From: Octopus sinensis
Lineage: Eukaryota
Assembly: GCF_006345805.1 (NCBI RefSeq)
Contig: NC_043026.1
Coordinates: 13,247,579 to 13,311,578, forward strand
Reading direction: 5' to 3'
DNA: 64,000 nucleotides
Shown: positions 48,853 to 60,016 of the stretch, piece by piece
Numbering within the stretch: position 1 is the stretch's first letter
Layout of the letters: each line of letters opens with the position of its first letter
Made by a program: the position numbers and the translations under genes
Notes under the pieces: generated by a model
The model's database searches: none
What the model was told of the DNA's origin: nothing
The model's input: only the letters and a program-made list of their open reading frames with translations

Positions 48853-49169
48853 CATCATCATCATCATCGTTTAACGTCCGCTTTCCATGCTAGCATGGGT
48901 TGGACGGTTTGACTGTGGGCTGGCGAACCAGATGGCTGCACCAGGCTCCAGTCTGATCTGGCAGAGTTTCTACAACTGGATGCCCTTCCTAACGCCAACC
49001 ACTCAGAGTGTAGTGGGTGCTTTTACGTGCCACTGGCACGAGGGCCAGTCAGATGTAGAAACTTTGCCAAATCAAGATAAGAGCCTGTGCAGCCATCTGG
49101 TTCGCCAGCCCTCAGTCAAAATCGTCCAACCCATGTTAGCATGGAAAGTGGACGTTAAACGATGATGAT
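48853..49169. repeat. Inverted pair of family C 3' ends
   Basis: (CAT)n-core(-) followed by core(+)-(GAT)n; ~115-bp complementary arms. Confidence 0.8.
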
Positions 49170-49689
49170 ATATAATTGACATAAGCAAGAAAATGATTTA
49201 CTGTAGATATCTCACTGACAGAGGTTTTTACACAAGTGTGACTATATCTATGTGCAGTTGTGTTTCAATTACAATGTGTATCAACATTTTTTTTTTTTAG
49301 CTTTGGTCAGTGGGTTTCATTTCCTATTTGCTTCTAGCTGGAAATCAAAAGAAATGACTAATATTCACTTCAAATTTTGCTTCTGCAACCTGGACATCAA
49401 TGTTCTGAAATGTAGTGGAAAATATTTCCATTACATTTCAGAGAGATTCAGCACCGAAAATATTCTGCTCAATACCACGGATTTGCTTGTCAGTTGCTTG
49501 ACCATATCTCTTAGCAGATGATGAGAAAGAGTAGTTAGGGAGCATCATAACCATGTGTTAAAAGGGATTATTTGGGGTTTGATTAAATATAACAAACGCA
49601 AAGTTGGCAGGAAATAGTAACCATTTTTCATACTTTCTAAAGGTAAGCAAGAAGGAAGTAACAGTTGTTATCCAAGGACCAAAATCGTG

Positions 49690-49965
49690 ATACAAAGTGT
49701 TATTTGTGAATGATTTATCACAGATGTTGCAGTGATATGGCTTGCGACTTGTATGAAAGTATTGATAAGGAGTTAAGGCACTATTTCCAAAGAATTATTT
49801 ACCACAGTCATCTCCTGCATGAATACATTTATGAATAGCTGAGGGACTATTTTCCAAAGAATGATTTACCACAGTCATCACAGTGATAAGTTTTCTCTCC
49901 TGCATGAATACATTTATGAATAGCTGAGGGACTATTTTCCAGAGAATGATTTTCCAGATATCACA
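49690..49965 (-). pseudogene. Fossil zinc-finger repeats downstream of the B2 stop
   Basis: Frameshifted [35 protein letters not shown]...KPYHCNICDKSFT immediately after the TAG. Confidence 0.75.
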
Positions 49966-50979
49966 CTATGGGTTTTCTTCTGTGTGAATACGCCTATGAG
50001 TACTTAAATATTTATTTTTTGAGAATGATTTATCACAGATATCACACTGATATGGCCTTTCTCCTGTGTGAACACGTTTATGTACAGTCAGTTGTGCACT
50101 TTGTGTGAACGATTTATCACAGATATCACAGTGATATTGTTTCTCTCCTGTATGAATACGTTTATGAGTGGTTAAAGCACTACTTCCAGGGAATAACTTA
50201 CCACAGATATCACACTGATATGGCTTTTCTCCTGTGTGAATACGTCTATGTATAGTTAAGTATGGATTTTTTGAGAAGGATTTACCACAGATATCACACT
50301 GATATGGTTTTTCTCCTGTGTGACTATTTCTATGGACAGTCAAATGTGTACTTTGGGAGAACGATTTATCACAGATATCACAGTGATATGGCTTCTCTCC
50401 TGTATGAATACGTCGATGAATTATTAAGGGACCACTTCCAGGGAATGATTTACCACAGATATCACACTGATATGGTTTCTCTCCTGTGTGAATACGTTTA
50501 TGTACAGTTAAGTGTGGACTTTTTGAAAAGGATTTGCCACACACATCACAGCGATATGGTTTCTCACCTGTATGAAAGAGTTTATGTTGAGTTAAGTTGC
50601 TACTTCCGGAGAAAGATTTACCACAGACATCACAGTGATACGGTTTCTCTCCTGTATGAATACGTTTGTGTTTTGTTAAGGTACTTCCTACAGAGAATGA
50701 TTTACCACAGACATCACAGTGATACGGCTTTTCTCCTGTATGGATGCGAACATGAACAGTTAAATTAACTTTCTGACAGAATGATTTACCACAGACATCA
50801 CAATGATATGGCTTCTCTCCCGTTTGAATACATTTATGATTATTGAGGTTATCTTTATCAGAGTACGACCTACCACATATGTTGCACTGATAAGGTGTCT
50901 CTCTTTTCTCTATCTTTATATTATCAGGAAAATCAACAGGTTTAAATTCAACTGCGTTTTCACATAATTTATTTTCCAT
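49966..50979 (-). CDS. C2H2 zinc-finger protein, family B copy 2 (337 aa, 1 atypical + 10 canonical fingers)
   Basis: Intact ORF with TGEKP linkers; first finger ends HKCIQ. Confidence 0.93.
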   Translation of the reverse strand: MENKLCENAVEFKPVDFPDNIKIEKRETPYQCNICGRSYSDKDNLNNHKCIQTGEKPYHCDVCGKSFCQKVNLTVHVRIHTGEKPYHCDVCGKSFSVGSTLTKHKRIHTGEKPYHCDVCGKSFSGSSNLTQHKLFHTGEKPYRCDVCGKSFSKSPHLTVHKRIHTGEKPYQCDICGKSFPGSGPLIIHRRIHTGEKPYHCDICDKSFSQSTHLTVHRNSHTGEKPYQCDICGKSFSKNPYLTIHRRIHTGEKPYQCDICGKLFPGSSALTTHKRIHTGEKQYHCDICDKSFTQSAQLTVHKRVHTGERPYQCDICDKSFSKNKYLSTHRRIHTEENP

Positions 50980-51684
50980 AATTTTCCTTTTCCCACCAGA
51001 ATACTATTTACTTGTTTCAGTTATTGGTTAGCAACCACGCTGAGGCAACTGCCTTGTAGGGTTTTAGTCAAAGTCTTCTTAAGTCTGACACTCATAGCAA
51101 TGGTCTCTTTTGCTGAACTGCCAAGATACAGAGAATAAATTCACACCAGATGTGAAGTGGAGAGATACACATACACACATATAGATGATAGTCGTTTTTC
51201 AGTTTTGTCTCTGAAATCCACTCACAAGGATTCAGTTGGCCTGGGGCTACAGGAGAAAATACTTGCTGAATTACAACATATTTTATTCATAACAGATATT
51301 TCTGCTGTTATATTTCCATCAATTCTGATCTATGTTGAGATTTGAAGGGGCTGAAAACTCCTTTGTAAATTTGTCCAAATTTAGTTTATCATTTAAAAAT
51401 TCCAAGAAAAAATGTTGCTATAAATCGCCATTCAGAAAATGTATTTCACTGGAGCCTGGTGCAGCCATCTGGTTCGCCAGCCCCAAGTCAAACCATCCAA
51501 CCCATGCTAGCATGGAAAGCGGACATTAAACAATGAGGATGATGTAATTCACCAGAGATTTACATAAGCAGATTATATCACTTCAGTAATGTATTTCCTT
51601 GAGTCTTCATAAGATGATAAATATTGATGACGTATGATGACTCTGCTGTAAGCAATCCTTTAACCATGAATGTTATTTGATTAA

Positions 51685-51710
51685 CTAAAATAAGAAGAAG
51701 GAAAAAAGCA
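51685..51710 (-). promoter_or_regulatory. Putative splice acceptor of family B copy 2
   Basis: Minus strand TTCCTTCTTCTTATTTTAG|TTAATC within a block shared with 8020-8310 and 58640-58830. Confidence 0.55.
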
Positions 51711-52128
51711 TCAGATACAGAAGATATTTAAACAGTAGAGATACAACAATATTACCACATCTCCTTACAAATAAACTGTACGTATAATTATTTAACTGAA
51801 TGGGATCTTTTCCTTTAGATAGACAGAATTCAACCCAATTTCTAGTTAACTAAACAATTTGAAACTTTGTATACTGGTAGAATGTGTCAAAAGAAAACAT
51901 TATTTTCACTTGGCTTTTTTGAGAAAATTGTAATTTGTAAGTTTAACGTAGTTTAATTCTTCGAATTTTAACCAATGAATCGCCAGTATTTGAGCTCAAA
52001 TCATTTGCTGCGTCTAAAAACTCAGACAACATCCTGTTACTGTTTGCTTTCTTCGTTGCCTTGGAAAGCAATTATATATACGCGATGTGTGTGTGCATGG
52101 TGAAACACTCCGAGGAGGGTGGTTGGAT

Positions 52129-52161
<33 letters not shown>

Positions 52162-52229
52162 TAACTGAGACTCAGAGTTACAGAGAAATAGATATACAAG
52201 CTTTAACTGATTTCCAGAAATATAGGACG

Positions 52230-52429
52230 AATCGTCCAACCCATGCTAGCATGGAAAGCAGACGTTAAACGATGATGATATATAATTGACATAAGCAAGA
52301 AAATGATTTACTGTAGATATCTCACTGACAGAGGTTTTTACACAAGTGTGACTATATCTATGTGCAGTTGTGTTTCAATTACAATGTGTATCAACATTTT
52401 TTTTTTTAGCTTTGGTCAGTGGGTTTCAT
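52230..52429 (+). repeat. 200-bp local copy of 49120-49320 flanked by a 10-bp TSD-like repeat
   Basis: ATATAGGACG (52220-52229) / ATATAGGCCG (52430-52439). Confidence 0.8.
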
Positions 52430-52698
52430 ATATAGGCCGTTGATTAGCTCCAAGAGGCCATTGCCTCTAGCTATCTATGTGACACACGAACCTGTGTCCA
52501 TATGTGTGTTATATATACACACAAACACATACATATAACCGTTTCAATGCAATAAAATGACGAAAAATAACGTAAAAGGTTAAAAAAAAAAGCGGGGGGG
52601 GGGGGGGACATATTTAGTGGATGTTGTTGTTCCGAAGGGAAGATCTAAGGGAGGGGGGACAAGACACGTGAGAATCATGGATCTTAAAGAAAATTGTT

Positions 52699-52852
52699 GG
52701 CGATCCTTCGGTATAGGTACCGTAAGTGGCTTTGTGTACGTTTCTGAAGATAACAGAAACCCTTTTCTCCCCCCCTATATATATATATATAAAAAAAAAA
52801 CACTTTCTTGAAATGTATCCGGTACTTCCGGTACCTATACCGAAGTTACGCC
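52699..52852. mobile_element. Merlin-like MITE, type 2 (154 bp)
   Basis: TIR GGCGATCCTTCGGTATAGGTACCG / CGGTACCTATACCGAAGTTACGCC; perfect 8-bp TSD AAATTGTT; sister copy at 59773-59971. Confidence 0.85.
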
Positions 52853-52910
52853 AAATTGTTTTCCAAAAAGAGCTTCACACGAAATTTGTTTTCACTAAAA
52901 GGAAACTAAG

Positions 52911-53137
52911 GTACTACTAAAGAAGAGTGGTCCCGGTGCGCGCACTCGCGCTAGCTAGTCATGACTAGTCGATCCTTACTTTGTGTTTTTGTTTTATTTA
53001 CTGTTTTAAAAAATATTTACTTTGTGTTTTATTTACTTTGCTAGGTAGTCGTTGTAGGATCGACTAGTCACGACTAGCTAGTGCGGATGCGCGAGTACGC
53101 GACTGCGCGCACCGGGACCACTCTTCTTAAGTAGTAC
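52911..53137. mobile_element. Palindromic MITE of unassigned superfamily
   Basis: TIR GTACTACT(A/T)AAGAAGAGTGGTCCCGGTGCGCGCA plus an inner IR CTAGCTAGTC(A/G)TGACTAGTCGATCCT around an AT-rich spacer. Confidence 0.75.
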
Positions 53138-53532
53138 AGGCAACTTAAAAAAATAGGCAATCTTTCGTCTCTAGTAGACCTTTCCGTCGATATCCGTTAA
53201 AAAAAATTTTTTTACATATGGGCTTGCGGGAACTTTTGAAGTAATGAGAGCGAAAGAGACTAAGAGAAAGCGATTGTATGACGAGGGAAGTTCTTTTGAA
53301 GTTACCGTGCATGGGAGCATTGATGTACATGTGTGCGTGCGTGTGTTTGATGGGGTGTGGGAGACAGACAGTATGTTGTGTAAGTGAAGTGCTTCTGTTA
53401 GTGTGTGTGAAGAGACAGAGTAATGTGTGAAAGAAAGTGATAACTGAAATTTTTTACTCGGTGTATGTGTATATATATGTATATCTTGCCAAAACAAGCG
53501 CAAAACAAAAAATCCGGAAAATTGCGACTTAC

Positions 53533-53800
53533 GTGAAGGTGTTTTCTCGATTATCCGGCAATTATTTCATATCGATGTTTGGTTGGAATCCTTCAGTTTT
53601 TCCGGTTATATCGTACGATGGAGGGTTGGGTGATAATTCAATTAAATGTTGACGAAGACATACAATATGAACAGATATAGTGGTTTCGTTATTAAATACG
53701 GAAATGTTTTATAAAGGAGGATATTGCGAGAAGAAAGACAAGACTCAAAGAAAAATGGTTTGGAAATAGTATTAACCCTTAATGCGCTTGCGCAGAAGTG
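53533..53800 (-). promoter_or_regulatory. Putative promoter and non-coding exon 1 of family B copy 2
   Basis: Donor CTTCAC|GTAAGT (intron starts 53532); TGCGCTTGCGCA at 53783-53794. Confidence 0.55.
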
Positions 53801-53914
53801 ACACACATATATGTCTGTGTATAAATACCTATGTATATGTATAAGCATGTATACACACACAAATACACATACCTACGTGAATGAAATATCGGTTCCCTAA
53901 GGGAAATAATTCTT

Positions 53915-54305
53915 TTTGCTCTTTTACTTGTTTCAGTCATTTGACTGCGGCCATGCTGGAGCACCGCCTTTAATCCAGCAGCTCGACCCTGGGACTTATT
54001 CTTCTGTAAGCCCAGTACTTATTCTATCGGTCTCTTTTGCCGAACCGCTAGATAACGGGGACATAAACACACCAGCATCGGTTCTCAAACGATGTTGGAT
54101 GGGACAAACACAGACACACAAACATATATATACATATATACGACGGGCTTCTTCCAGTTTCCATCTACCAAATCCACCCACAAGGCTTTGGTCGGCTCGA
54201 GGCTATAGTAGAAGACACTTGCCCAAGGTGCCAGGCAGTGGGACTGAACCCAGAACCATGTAGTTGGTAAGCAAGCTACTTACCACACAGCCACTCCTGC
54301 GCCTA
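53915..54305 (-). mobile_element. SINE family 3 next to the B2 promoter
   Basis: Empty paralogous site GGAAATAACTCATAGAAG at about 60429-60446. Confidence 0.85.
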
Positions 54306-54424
54306 ACTCATAGAAGTCATTATGGAATTGAAGACGAAAGACGAGTAATGCTTAGCGCCATTTCGTCTGCCGTTACGTTCTGTAAAAACGTCCCTTGTAT
54401 TGTCTAATCATGTTTATATATATA

Positions 54425-54815
54425 CTCTTTTTACTTGTTTCAGTCATTTGACTGTGGCCATGCTGGAGCACCGCCTTTAGTGGAGCAAATCGACCCCAGG
54501 ACTTATTTTTTTTGTAAGCCTAGTACTTATTCTATCGTTCTTTTCTGCCGAACTGCTAAGTTACGGGGACGTAAACTCACCAGCATCGGTTGTCAAGTGA
54601 TGTTGGGGGGGAGGGGACAAACACAGACACACACACATATATATATACATATATACGACGGGCTTCTTTCAGTTTCCGTCTACCAAATCCACTCACAAGG
54701 CTTTGGTCAGCCCAAGGCTATAGTAGAAGACACTCGCCCAAGGTGCCACGCAGTGGGACTGAACCCTGAACCATGTGGTTGGTAAACAAGCTACTTACCA
54801 CACAGCCACTCCTGC
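54425..54815 (-). mobile_element. SINE family 3
   Basis: Full family structure. Confidence 0.85.
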
Positions 54816-55135
54816 ATTAAATTTTTAATTGACCCTAAATTGCTCTGTGATGTAAAATCATCCGTGATTGTGTTGTCATTTCTTTGTATAGCCCTTAATG
54901 GATAATAAAAAAAGAAATCATAGGGTTATGTGTGTCTGTGGAGTGCTTGGCCGTTTGCATGTTAATTTCACAAGTAGGCTGTTCCATTAATTCAACCAAC
55001 TGAAATACTCGTCACAGTAACCCAAGGTGAGTCAGGCCAAAATGCAGCAATATATACTAAGGACCTTTTGCAGATAAGGATTAATTTTCTAGCTTTCTCT
55101 CATTGGTATAACTAGTAAATTTATAAGCAACATTG

Positions 55136-55500
55136 GCGCAGGAGTGGCTGTGTGGTAAGTAGCTTGTTTACGAACCACATGGTTCCGGGTTCAGTCCCAC
55201 TGCGTGGCACCTAGGGCAAGTGTCTTCTACTATAGCCACGGGCCGACCAAAGCCTTGTGAGTGGATTTGGTAGACAGAAACTGAAAGAAGCCCGTCGTAT
55301 ATATATATATATGTGTGTGTGTGTCTGTGTTTGTTCCCCCAGCATCGCTTGACAACCGATGCTGGTGTGTTTATGTCTCCGTCACTTAGCGTTTCAGCAA
55401 GAGACAGATAGAATAAGTCCTGGGGTCGAGTTGCTCGATTAAAGGCAGTGCTCTAGCATGGCTGCAGTCAAATGACTGAAACAAGTAAAAGAGTAAAGAA
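55136..55500 (+). mobile_element. SINE family 3
   Basis: Full family structure, inverted relative to the two preceding copies. Confidence 0.85.
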
Positions 55501-55780
55501 TATACCAATGAGAAAAGTGAAAGATTCCTTAATAAAAACAAAACAGGACATACGTCACACAACATTTATGATAACCAGCATGTTGAGAATGATACAGTCA
55601 ATTACAATGTGTAGCAAAATTTTAATTTTATTTGTCTTTGGTCAGTAAGGCTTATTTCCTATTTGTTTCTACATAGAAACCAAAGGAAATGTTTAATATT
55701 CCCTTCAAGCTTATGGTTTTGTAACCTGGACATCAATATTTTGAAACTGACCTATTTTCCCATTACATTTCAGAGATTCA

Positions 55781-56500
55781 GTGACCATCTTACAAACAAT
55801 AACTCTGAGCACCTTTTCAAACTCCACCTGTCTAACACCCGTGGACATGTTTACAAAGTCAGAAAACAGCACAGCTCCCATGACTTCAGGAAACATTTTT
55901 TCATGCTGAGAGTTGCTGAAGCATGGAACAAACTGCCGGCATCAGTTGTTAGTTGTCGGAGCACTGCATCCTTCAAAACTTCCCTGCTTCCTGAGATTCG
56001 CCAACACTACACTTGATTTTTCTCCCCTCCGTACACACGCAAGCATGTATCTGACTCATACACTGTTCACTTCCCAGACATTTGTACATTACGGCATATG
56101 CAGACACCCCTAAAATTATCAACCATCTTACAAACAATATCTCTGAGCACCTTTTCAAACTCCACCGTCTAACACCCATGGACATGTTTACAAAGTCAGA
56201 AAACAGCACAGCTCCCATGACTTTAGGAAACATTTTTTCACGCTGAGAGTTGCTGAAGCATGGAACAAACTGCCGGCATCAGTTGTTAGTTGTCGGAACA
56301 CTGCATCCTTGAAAACTTCCATGCTTTCTGAGATTCGCCAACACTACACCTGATTGTCTCCCCTCCATACACACACAAGCATGTATCTGACTCATACATT
56401 GTTCGCTTTCCAGACATTTCTACATTACTGCATATGCTTTATACGCACTTTCTGACAAGTCATGGTGCACCTGAGCACTGTATACAATAATTTCATTATT
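55781..56500 (+). mobile_element. Tandemly duplicated CR1 3' end
   Basis: Two consecutive copies of NTRGHVYKVRKQHSSHDFRKHFF.LRVAEAWNKLP; absent from the B2 paralogous flank near 49450. Confidence 0.82.
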
Positions 56501-56779
56501 TAAGTTGCTGAAGTAGAAATATCGTTACACCAAATATTCTGTCCAATTCCACAGATTTGTTTGAAGTTAACCACTTAAGCATGTCCTGTGGTGGGTAATT
56601 ATGTATATCACTGATGATAAGCAGAAGTAGTTATGGAGCATGTGTTGAGATTCTTTGGGGGTTTGAATAAATGTAACAATGCAAAGTTTGCAGGAAATAG
56701 TAACCATTTTTCATACTTTCTAGGGGTAAGCAAGAAGGAAATAAGAGCTGCTAACCAGGGACCAAAATCGTGAGACACA

Positions 56780-57064
56780 GTGTTATTTGTGAATGATTTA
56801 TCACGGATGTTGCAGTGATAGGGATTGCGACTTGTATGAAAGTATTGATAAGGAGTTAAGGCACTATTTCCAAAGAATTATTTACCACAGTCATCACAGT
56901 GATATGGTTTCTCTCCTGTATGAATACATTTATAAATAGCTGAGGGACTATTTTCCAAAGAATGATTTACCAGTCATCACAGTGATATGGTTTCTCTCCT
57001 GCATGAATACATTTATAAATAGCTGAGGGACTATTTTCCAGAGAATGATTTACCAGATATCACA
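56780..57064 (-). pseudogene. Fossil zinc-finger repeats downstream of the B3 stop
   Basis: Same degenerate fingers as 49690-49965. Confidence 0.75.
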
Positions 57065-58090
57065 CTATGGGTTTTCTTCCGTGTGTATACATCTATGAGT
57101 ACTTAAATATTTATTTTTTGAGAATGATTTACCACAGATATCACAATGATATGGTTTTTCTCCTGTGTGAATAAGTCTATGTACAGTTAGGTGTGCACTT
57201 TGCGAGAATGGTTTACCACAAACATTGCACTGATATGGTTTCTCTCCTGTATGAATACGTTTATGAGTAGCTAAAGCACTACTTCCAGGGAATGACTTAC
57301 CACAGATATCACACTGATATGGCTTTTCTCCTGTGTGAATACGTCTATGTATAGTTAAATATGGATTTTTTGAGAAGGATTTACCACAGATATCACACTG
57401 ATATGGTTTTTCTCCTGTGTGACTATTTCTATGGACAGTCAAATGTGTACTTTGGGAGAACGATTTATCACAGATATCACAGTGATATGGCTTCTCTCCT
57501 GTATGAATACGTTTATGAATTACTAAGGGACTACTTCCAGAGAATGATTTACCACAGATATCACACTGATATGGTTTCTCTCCTGTGTGAATACGTTTAT
57601 GTACAGTTAAGTGTGGACTTTTTGAAAAGGATTTGCCACACACATCACAGCGATATGGTTTCTCACCCGTATGAAAGTGTTTATGTTGAGTTAAGTCGCT
57701 ACTTCCGGAGAAAGATTTACCACAGACATCACAGTGATACGGTTTCTCTCCTGTATGAATGCGTTTGTGTTTCGTTAAGGTACTTCCCACAGAGAATGAT
57801 TTACCACAGACATCGCAGTGATAAGGTTTCTCTCCTGTATGGACCCGTACGTGAATAGTTAAATGAACTTTCTGACAGAATGATTTACCACAGACATCAC
57901 AATGATATGGCCTATCTCCCGTCTGAATACATTTATGATTATTGAGGTGATCTTTATCAGAGTACGACCTACCACATATGTTGCACTGATAAGGTGTCTC
58001 GCTCTTCTCTATCTTTATATTATCAGGAAAACCAACAGGTTTAAATTCTGTTTTAAATCCAACTGTGTCCTCACATAATTTATTTTCCAT
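57065..58090 (-). CDS. C2H2 zinc-finger protein, family B copy 3 (341 aa, 1 atypical + 10 canonical fingers)
   Basis: Intact ORF; close paralog of 49966-50979 with the same TEENP* end. Confidence 0.93.
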   Translation of the reverse strand: MENKLCEDTVGFKTEFKPVGFPDNIKIEKSETPYQCNICGRSYSDKDHLNNHKCIQTGDRPYHCDVCGKSFCQKVHLTIHVRVHTGEKPYHCDVCGKSFSVGSTLTKHKRIHTGEKPYHCDVCGKSFSGSSDLTQHKHFHTGEKPYRCDVCGKSFSKSPHLTVHKRIHTGEKPYQCDICGKSFSGSSPLVIHKRIHTGEKPYHCDICDKSFSQSTHLTVHRNSHTGEKPYQCDICGKSFSKNPYLTIHRRIHTGEKPYQCDICGKSFPGSSALATHKRIHTGEKPYQCNVCGKPFSQSAHLTVHRLIHTGEKPYHCDICGKSFSKNKYLSTHRCIHTEENP

Positions 58091-58738
58091 AATTTTCCTT
58101 CTCTTGCTAAAATATCATTTGTTTCTGTTATTGGACAGAAGCCACGCTGAGGCACTGCTTTGTGGGGTTATAGTCAAATGAAGGCACTGGTTCGCCTGGG
58201 ACTACAGTAGAAAATACTTGCCCAAGAGGACACACGGTGGGACTGAACCCAGAACCATGTGGTTGGGAAGCAAACTTCTTACCACACAGCCACACTTATA
58301 TAAAGATGCTTATTTTTATTTTTTCTCCTCACTCATATATATCATTCGTAACAGATATTTCTGCTGTTATATTTCCATCAATTCTGATCTGTGTTGAGAT
58401 TTGAAGGGGCTGAAAACTCCTTTGTAAATTTGTCCAAGTTTATTATCTAAACATTTCAAGGAAAAATGTTGCTATTAATCACCATTCAGAAGAAATATTT
58501 CACTGGAGCCTGGTGCAGCCATCTGGTTCGCCAGCCCACAGTCAAACAGTCCAACCCATGCTAGCATGGAAAGCGGACGTTAAACGATGATGATGATGTA
58601 ATCCACCAGAGATTTATGTAAGCGGATTATATCACTTCAGTAAAGTATTTCCTTTCGTCTTCAAAAGATAATAAATATTGATGATGTATGATGATTCTGC
58701 TGTAAGCAATCTTATAACCACAAATGTCATTTGATAAT

Positions 58739-58760
58739 CTGAAATAAGGAAAGAAAAAAA
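58739..58760 (-). promoter_or_regulatory. Putative splice acceptor of family B copy 3
   Basis: Minus strand TTTTTTCTTTCCTTATTTCAG|ATTATC. Confidence 0.55.
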
Positions 58761-58988
58761 GCAGTATAAGATAAAGAAGAGATACAACAACATTACCACA
58801 TCTCCTTACAAGTAAACTGTAGATATAATTATTTAACTAAACCACATCTTGTCACACTAGATTGGGTTAGAGTTAGGGTGACAGAAATCTCGATAAATCT
58901 ATCAATACTTATTGATAGATCTACTGAGATTAAGGTTAGGGTTAGGGTAAAATCCGCAAATTTCCAAGCAGAAAACAGGATCGAACTG

Positions 58989-59403
58989 GGCGATCTTTCG
59001 TCTCTAGTAGACCTTTCCGTCGATTTCCGTAAAAATTTTTTTTTTTTTTACATATGGGCTTGCGGGAACTGTTGAAGTAATGAGAGCGAAAGAGACTAAG
59101 AGAAAGCGATTGTATGACGAGGGAAGTTCTTTTGAAGTTACCGTGCATGGGAGCATTGATGTACATGTGTGCGTGCGTGTGTTTGATGGGGTGTGGGAGA
59201 CAGACAGTATGTTGTGTAAGTGAAGTGCTTCTGTTAGTGTGTGTGAAGAGACAGAGTAATGTGTGAAAGAAAGAGATAACTGAAATTTTTTACTCGGTGT
59301 ATGTGTATATGTATGTATATTACTTCAAAAGTTCCCGCAAGCCCATATGTAAAAAAAATATAAGGAAATCGACGGAAAGGTCTACTAGAGACGAAGGATC
59401 GCC
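58989..59403. mobile_element. Merlin-like MITE, type 3 (~90-bp TIRs)
   Basis: TIR begins GGCGATCTTTCGTCTCTAGTAGACC; perfect 8-bp TSD TCGAACTG; one-ended copy at 53156-53480. Confidence 0.85.
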
Positions 59404-60016
59404 TCGAACTGTCATTTGCTTCCACGGAAATACCCGAAGTGAAGTGATTTGATTTTGTCGAGTTATATCGAAGGAATGCCCGTAAAGGATATGACAGAGA
59501 TGAGATAAAAATAATGAATTCGTGAAAACATAAAACATGTACTTTTGTGTCTGTATGTGTATCTGTATATGTGTGTATGAGTGAGTGTCTGTACGAGAGT
59601 GTGTTATCCTGGGTATGTCACTGTTCAAGTCGCTCGTGAGTGAATGTGTTCGCGACCGTGTTTTTCACTGTTCAGCTGCAAAAAATAAACCTTAGAGAAA
59701 TTTTAAAAATTTATATGGAAGCTGGCGAACAAATACTTTCAGTGGCGTAACTTCGGTATAGGTAGTGTTTTTGGCGATCTTACGGTATAAGTACCGGTGT
59801 CGTAAGATCACCGTGTTGGGTTTAAAAAAATTTTTTTTTATATATATATATGGGGGGTTAGGGCTAGGGTTTGTGTTAGGGTTAGGGGTGGGAGAAAAGG
59901 GTTTCTGTTATGTTCAGAAATGTAAAGAAAGCCATTTCCGATACTTACGGTACCTATACCGAAGGATCGCCAACAAAAGAAGAAAAAAAGAAAACTCCGG
60001 AAAAATTGCGACTTAC

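Noticed and set aside
7096-57858. Long antisense ORFs over ZNF genes (7096-7662, 50262-50768, 57361-57858, 16146, 30387, 41118 and others)
   Set aside because: They are shadows of the repetitive C2H2 codon pattern on the opposite strand, with no independent protein features
4449-59890. TTAGGG runs at about 4450, 58935 and 59860
   Set aside because: Only 2-3 imperfect units, embedded in or beside repeats; not telomeric arrays
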